Shown here in pieces: positions 34,206-38,937 of a DNA stretch of 38,937 bases. How positions within the stretch are numbered: position 1 is the first letter of the stretch; each line of letters starts with the position of its first letter. The stretch covers positions 1-38,937 of the forward strand of contig RBZT01000514.1 of NCBI GenBank assembly GCA_003693705.1, given 5' to 3'. Source of the stretch: Polymyxa betae A26-41 (lineage: Eukaryota > Protista > Endomyxa: Phytomyxea). The notes under the pieces were generated by a model. That model did no database searches. It saw nothing but the letters and a program-made list of their open reading frames with translations, and was not told where the DNA came from. Both the position numbers and the translations under genes were made by a program.

Positions 34206-35274
34206 ATGAAGTCGTTGCTGGCTGCCTCCGCCATCACCTTTGCCTTGATAAACTTTATCCAAGCTCAGCCATGTGGTCCATATTCGCAACATCAGATATG
34301 TAATGAGACGGATGAACCCTGTTGCTCTGCGGTAAGACAAGGCACTTTGGGCTCAGCCCAATAACATTTTGTTCAGTATGGTCAATGTGGATCTTCTGAT
34401 TTGCATTGTAAATGGGCGGGACGATACCAGAACAATAACCAGACAGCAGGATCGTGTGTATATACTCCATGTTCTTCAGCGAAAGACTGTTGTGATAGAA
34501 ACACTGGGTATGGTAACTGAATCCGCTCAAAAAATGAACTCACTGTTTGGAACTGCAGCATCTGTATGTGGAACCCGGACGGTCGAGCTGATGAAAACAA
34601 CTTCTGTCATGGCGGTGGCAATTACAACAAAAAGGAGTATGATATTCAACAGACATCGCAACCAGAAGCAACGACTTCAGCATCAACCCAAACTTCTGCA
34701 CCGACAACTTCCCCCACTTCTTCCCCTCGGCCGACCACAATGAAGCAAACCAGCAAAGCCACCACCACGCCAACTACTTCAGCGGCGCCCAGTAGCAGCG
34801 CCACGACGGCTCCCACTACCAAGGCNNNNNNNNNNNNNNNNNNNNNNNNNNNNNNNNNNNNNNNNNNNNNNNNNNNNNNNNNNNNNNNNNNNNNNGGCTC
34901 CCACTACCAAGGCAACAACATCGCCATCCACTTCAGCGGCGCCCAGTAGCAGCGCTACGACGGCTCCGACTACCAAGGCAACAACATCGCCAACCACCCA
35001 AGCCACCACCACGCCGACAAGTTCACCGGCGCCCACTAGCACGCAAACTTCGTCGCCAGCAACATCTCCAACTACTAAGCCGACTCAGAAGCCCTGCAAT
35101 GTAGATTGTCCACCACAATACTGCCACGATGGATACTGCAAGTACCCAAAGAGTTGCTACTATGGCAACTGCTCAGACGAAGACGACGATGGATACAGCG
35201 GGGCAACGTTTGCAAATCCATTATTGGCAATCACCATTGCCATAATTTGTTTGACAGCTACATTTGCAATTTGA
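34206..35274 (+). CDS. Secreted, probably GPI-anchored chitin-binding (hevein/CBM18) mucin-like protein
   Basis: Signal peptide MKSLLAASAITFALINFIQA, then CGPYSQHQICNETDEPCCSA|YGQCGSSDLHC (hevein signature; intron 34332-34376), a second Cys-rich module (intron 34508-34558), a Thr/Ser/Pro repeat stalk, a Cys-rich motif and a hydrophobic tail GYSGATFANPLLAITIAIICLTATFAI*. Confidence 0.85.
34775..34995 (+). repeat. 66-bp coding repeat (APTTKATTSPSTSAAPSSSATT) containing a 70-N assembly gap at 34826-34895
   Basis: GGCTCC(C/G)ACTACCAAGGC at 34808, 34896 and 34962. The same sequence flanks both sides of the gap. Confidence 0.9.
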
Positions 35275-35383
35275 GTAATACACTGAACTGAAAAATATCC
35301 CAAACATTGTGTAGTTTTACGGATTTGGAAGCAGCCAGCAATTTTTGATCGAAAAATCCCTTGAAAACGCCATTCATTAATTC

Positions 35384-35644
35384 TTATTCGGAATCTTGGT
35401 TCTGGAATCTAACGATCATGTCTTCGAACGATTTCTTCATCAAATTTTAGACGGGGTCAGCAATGAACAACTGCAAGATACGTACTCCTTGGTTATGATG
35501 CTGCCAGAACTGATCAAAAACTGAATTGAATATCCGCTCACCAATAACACCGGCAGCGATGATTGTTGTGACATACACAGCATTTCGTCTCATAAAAACC
35601 TCATAGATGTTGTTAAGAGAAGAAGAACCCGGTTTAACAGACAT
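35384..35644 (-). CDS. QCR9: Cytochrome bc1 complex subunit 9 (UQCR10)
   Basis: IYEVFMRRNAVYVTTIIAAGVIGERIFNSVFDQFWQHHNQG|KSFEDM, with one intron. Confidence 0.92.
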
Positions 35645-36080
35645 TAAGCGTTGCTGGGAGCGAGAGTTAAGCGATGACCGCATACCAGCTGGGACGCGAG
35701 CCAGGATCATATTCGAATAGAAACGACAGAATCTATTCGAAGGTCGTAATCCAGCAATACAGAATGATCAACGATTTGAATAAGGCCGCGCACAGCACCT
35801 TGAACTTGACCTTATCACACTTCAGTCTTCACACTTACCAGCCTTTCCTTTACAAATACATAAAAACCGGCTTCTAAGATTGCATCGAGATACATCAAAA
35901 TGTATAGTCTCCGCCTTCTGCTAATGACAAATCGAAGAAGGTAAGAATCGAAAAGATTTTACGCCGGTCGAAATTGGACTGATAAACTTTAATGCAAGTT
36001 ACACCCAGCCCCATTAGCATTCTTAATCATAATTTGTAATGACCGATTCAAACTCTATTCTGACTCGATTTTGGCGAACT

Positions 36081-37112
36081 TTACAAAGTATCAACCCTGC
36101 TCTGGACGTCTCCGTCTGCAAGCAATGGAGCATTTGGACAGTCAGCCTTAGATGCCCTAAAAATAAAGTGTTGCAGAATGAATAGCAAGTCAAAAACCAT
36201 CGATAGGCAAGCGAGAAAGAGTTTGGGAGAATTTGTTTCGAGTATTTCTGCTGAGCCTAAACAAGTCTTAACATGGATTACATGGCCTGAGGTTGTTTCA
36301 CCTTGATTGTATGCATCCACACATTGCTGTAGCAAGGATCGGATTCCGCCTGAAAGATCAAACAAAACGTTACCCAGCGACCAATGAATTGTAGATTTCA
36401 GTCTCCAATTCAACACTACTTGAGGTATGTATTTAACTGTAGTGATAAACACTTTGGCTGCCCCGAAATATGTTATAAATGAAGTGCCAGATTCGGCGCC
36501 ACTCTCGGGAATCCAACGTAGGTAACCAAATGCAGATGCAGCAGCAAGCACGATGGGAACAATCCAAAGCATAAAGATTATAAAAACATGCAGCTTGTCT
36601 GTATAGGTTCTGATAGACTTCGTATGGAAACGTCCATAGCAAAAACATTGAAAAATAGTGATTGAAGTAACCAGGAGCGCATGAGCAGAAAAAGCGATAT
36701 CGTTAATGTCAACTGATCTCGGGCGAACATATAGAAACGTCGTCCAGCTAAATATCAAATAAAATGCAAATCCAGTAAAATTATAGGCAAGAAAGTGCAC
36801 AGATAAGCCGGAGAGGCGCGAACGCCGATGACGATAATTGATGATAATCTGCGGGTAAAAACTCACCGACCTAAGTGAAGTCAGATTGGATGATCAACGA
36901 GATACGACATTCAGACCATGCTATAAAATACGACCAGCCTAAGATGGCGCTATCAGTGAAAGATTTTGATTTACCATATTATGTGGAAGGCACTACTGGT
37001 AGGCAGGTCATTAAATATCACGGCTTATTAGGTAGTGAAGGGGTAGGAACCCCCCTTTAGTACCGGTAAATGACGTTGCTAACATGGACAGGAACGCAGC
37101 CTTCTCTTCCAT
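36081..37112 (-). CDS. CTNS: Cystinosin-family PQ-loop transporter
   Basis: LGWSYFIAW|SVSFYPQIIINY..GLS..F..YNFTGF, VDINDIAFSAHA, KVFITTVKYIPQVVLNW..KST..WSLGNVLFDLSGG, FDLLFILQHF, and a C-terminal PLL (dileucine-like) motif. The start is inferred from a spliced model. Confidence 0.92.
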
Positions 37113-37355
37113 TCATTTCCAATTCCCGGTCTGATGGAACCAGGAACCGTCGTCGTCTCCTACTCGTTGAACTAAATTGGGGCGGATTGAGGAGATACAT
37201 TGAAAAAGCTACTATCCGCTTCTTCAACGTGCAAGAACTGGGAACTGGCACCTAAGAACATATCTCCATTTATTTATCAAGCTCAATCTCTAGCTTTCTA
37301 TCATGTGAAGGTGCCATCGACCGCTACCTAAACTTAAGCTGGACTTTCTCAGATC

Positions 37356-38005
37356 ATGCCGATATTACGAAAAGCAAAAGCTAGAATGAAGTGTCCGAGT
37401 TAAATGAATTCGGTTGTATTCCAAAAAGCGCTGCTTCAGATTTGTGTGCTCCAGGCGATTGGTGCTCGTAAACAGAACTTGGCAGAAACTGGATTTATTC
37501 CAGTACATGCCTATACCGCAGGGATTTCAACGTTCGACACGGGCTTGAATGCCGTCGGTTTGCCTTTCAACAAATTCATACATTTAATTCCGTATTAAAC
37601 ATGCCAAAGACAATCCCTCGTGCTGCCGTTCTGGGCTCGTTCCATCCCAAAGTCTTACAGGATGAGGATCGGGAATTTCACCAACATGAAATCCAAGAGA
37701 AAGCCCAGGCTTGGGAACAAATTCAGACGAAACAAGGCAAGAGTGTCGGATATCCTCGTGAAGGGTATCAGGAGATGCTGCCAGAGATACGCCCAGAAGA
37801 CACTATACTCGTACCTGAGAACGAGCAGGATGTCTGGGGACGGACGCCTGATAATCCAGTAATTCCACCTGCCGGAATGCCTTTCGATGCCTCCCAGGCA
37901 CGAATCAGTGGTCTCTTTCCGCGATCGCGGCAGAGCCCGGGCGTAGTGCCCGCCCCAGGGCTCCATCCTGAAGCGCCGACTGCTCGAGTTCGAGGGCTTC
38001 AGTAA
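37356..38005 (+). CDS. Hypothetical protein (spliced; ORFs 37404 and 37601 probably one gene)
   Basis: Protein-like 134-aa terminal exon joinable to AIGARKQNLAETGFIPVHAY... through a GT-AG intron. No family recognised. Confidence 0.55.
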
Positions 38006-38708
38006 TTTTTCAACTTAGAGCAATATAATAATATTTCGCAGCCGTATATTCAGACGAGTCAATACGACGAATGTAGATGGGAAAAGGCCCAGGGCATTTA
38101 TTCGTTCATTTTACTCTATGGAACTCAGGCTCAAAATGCGATGGACGTTTTTCATGGGATTTACATCAAAGACAATGAACATCGATCAACGAATATTCCG
38201 TTTTGGCGCTGTCGTAATTAATGGACACCATATAGTCTCTAAATCTCTAAGTGCAGAACCTATCGATATTCAGCTCCACTACATGAACGGTGATTCTATC
38301 TTCTACTGACTTTTGGTTGGTTTGGTTTGGTTTTTTCGAATTTTCAACGCCTACTGGTATACTGGCGAAAAGGCGGCACAATATCCCTCGAGGACTGGTG
38401 GTTCATCTCCTACTTCTTGAAATTCTACTGACTTTCTTACTTACTCTTCTCCGAGCTTTTACAGCAATGATGAGCGCCACAGCCACATATGCTCGTGGTA
38501 ATATCTGGGACGGGCTCATGGTCGTTGTACTGTGGACATCAACTAACAGCGACATAATCTTCATTGTCATCATCACTGGAACGATCCAGGCAACTAGCTG
38601 GACGCTCTCCTGGCCGTCCGTAAACAAACTGGCGAGCTTGCTAATTTGGGCTCCCCTCTACGTGAGAGATCGTCTCGGTAGGTAGGTAGAAGGGGATCCT
38701 ATCAAATA

Positions 38709-38739
38709 GTTGCACAATAAATGTGCAACCGGTTGCACA
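38709..38739. repeat. Perfect 18-bp palindrome within three alternating GTTGCACA/TGTGCAAC motifs
   Basis: GTTGCACA at 38709-38716 and TGTGCAACCGGTTGCACA at 38722-38739. Confidence 0.85.
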
Positions 38740-38937
38740 CTTAGCAGGTTCATTTTTCGATTCAAAACCTGAATAGCGTCGTGCTGGACCAATCGCCTTT
38801 CAATAATGATTATTCTAAAGCGAAACGTTTTCTCACAAACCAAACGTTGTTTGGCATTTGCTGTTGATTTCTTAAATTGTTAGCAAAACGAAACGTTCTG
38901 GATCATCGCGCCGGTATTGAAGCTGCCTTCCAAACAA

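Noticed and set aside
34826-34949. Frameshift in the mucin gene
   Set aside because: Artefact of the estimated 70-N gap length within a 66-bp repeat.
38290-38685. 131-aa hydrophobic ORF as a membrane protein
   Set aside because: Non-ATG start, low-complexity T-rich origin and no family motif; not supportable.

Overview
Gene-dense eukaryotic DNA, not prokaryotic, with many short (mostly 40-70 nt) GT-AG introns and very short intergenic spaces. Moderate GC, a CBM18 protein and the intron style suggest a plasmodiophorid-like protist (inference). About 20 genes were reconstructed by hand: two paralogous 5-finger C2H2 proteins, SHOC1/ZIP2, ankyrin, LRR, prefoldin 4, a mitochondrial 2-oxoglutarate/dicarboxylate carrier, CFP1/SPP1, a membrane-anchored subtilase, RAD54B, an OS-9-like lectin, transportin-1, an EF-hand/WD40 protein, a CBM18-mucin-GPI protein, QCR9, cystinosin and several hypotheticals. 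Highlights: (1) a hidden, intron-split and apparently eroded SPO16/PTD-like gene lies directly upstream of its known partner SHOC1, inside a 22-kb block that also has CFP1/SPP1 and RAD54B; (2) the first 259 nt are an AT-rich block encoding a Polinton-like-virus/virophage-type minor capsid (penton) fragment that ends abruptly against host-like DNA; (3) a GPI-type hevein-domain mucin. All homology calls come from motif recognition and remembered family sequences, not from database searches.
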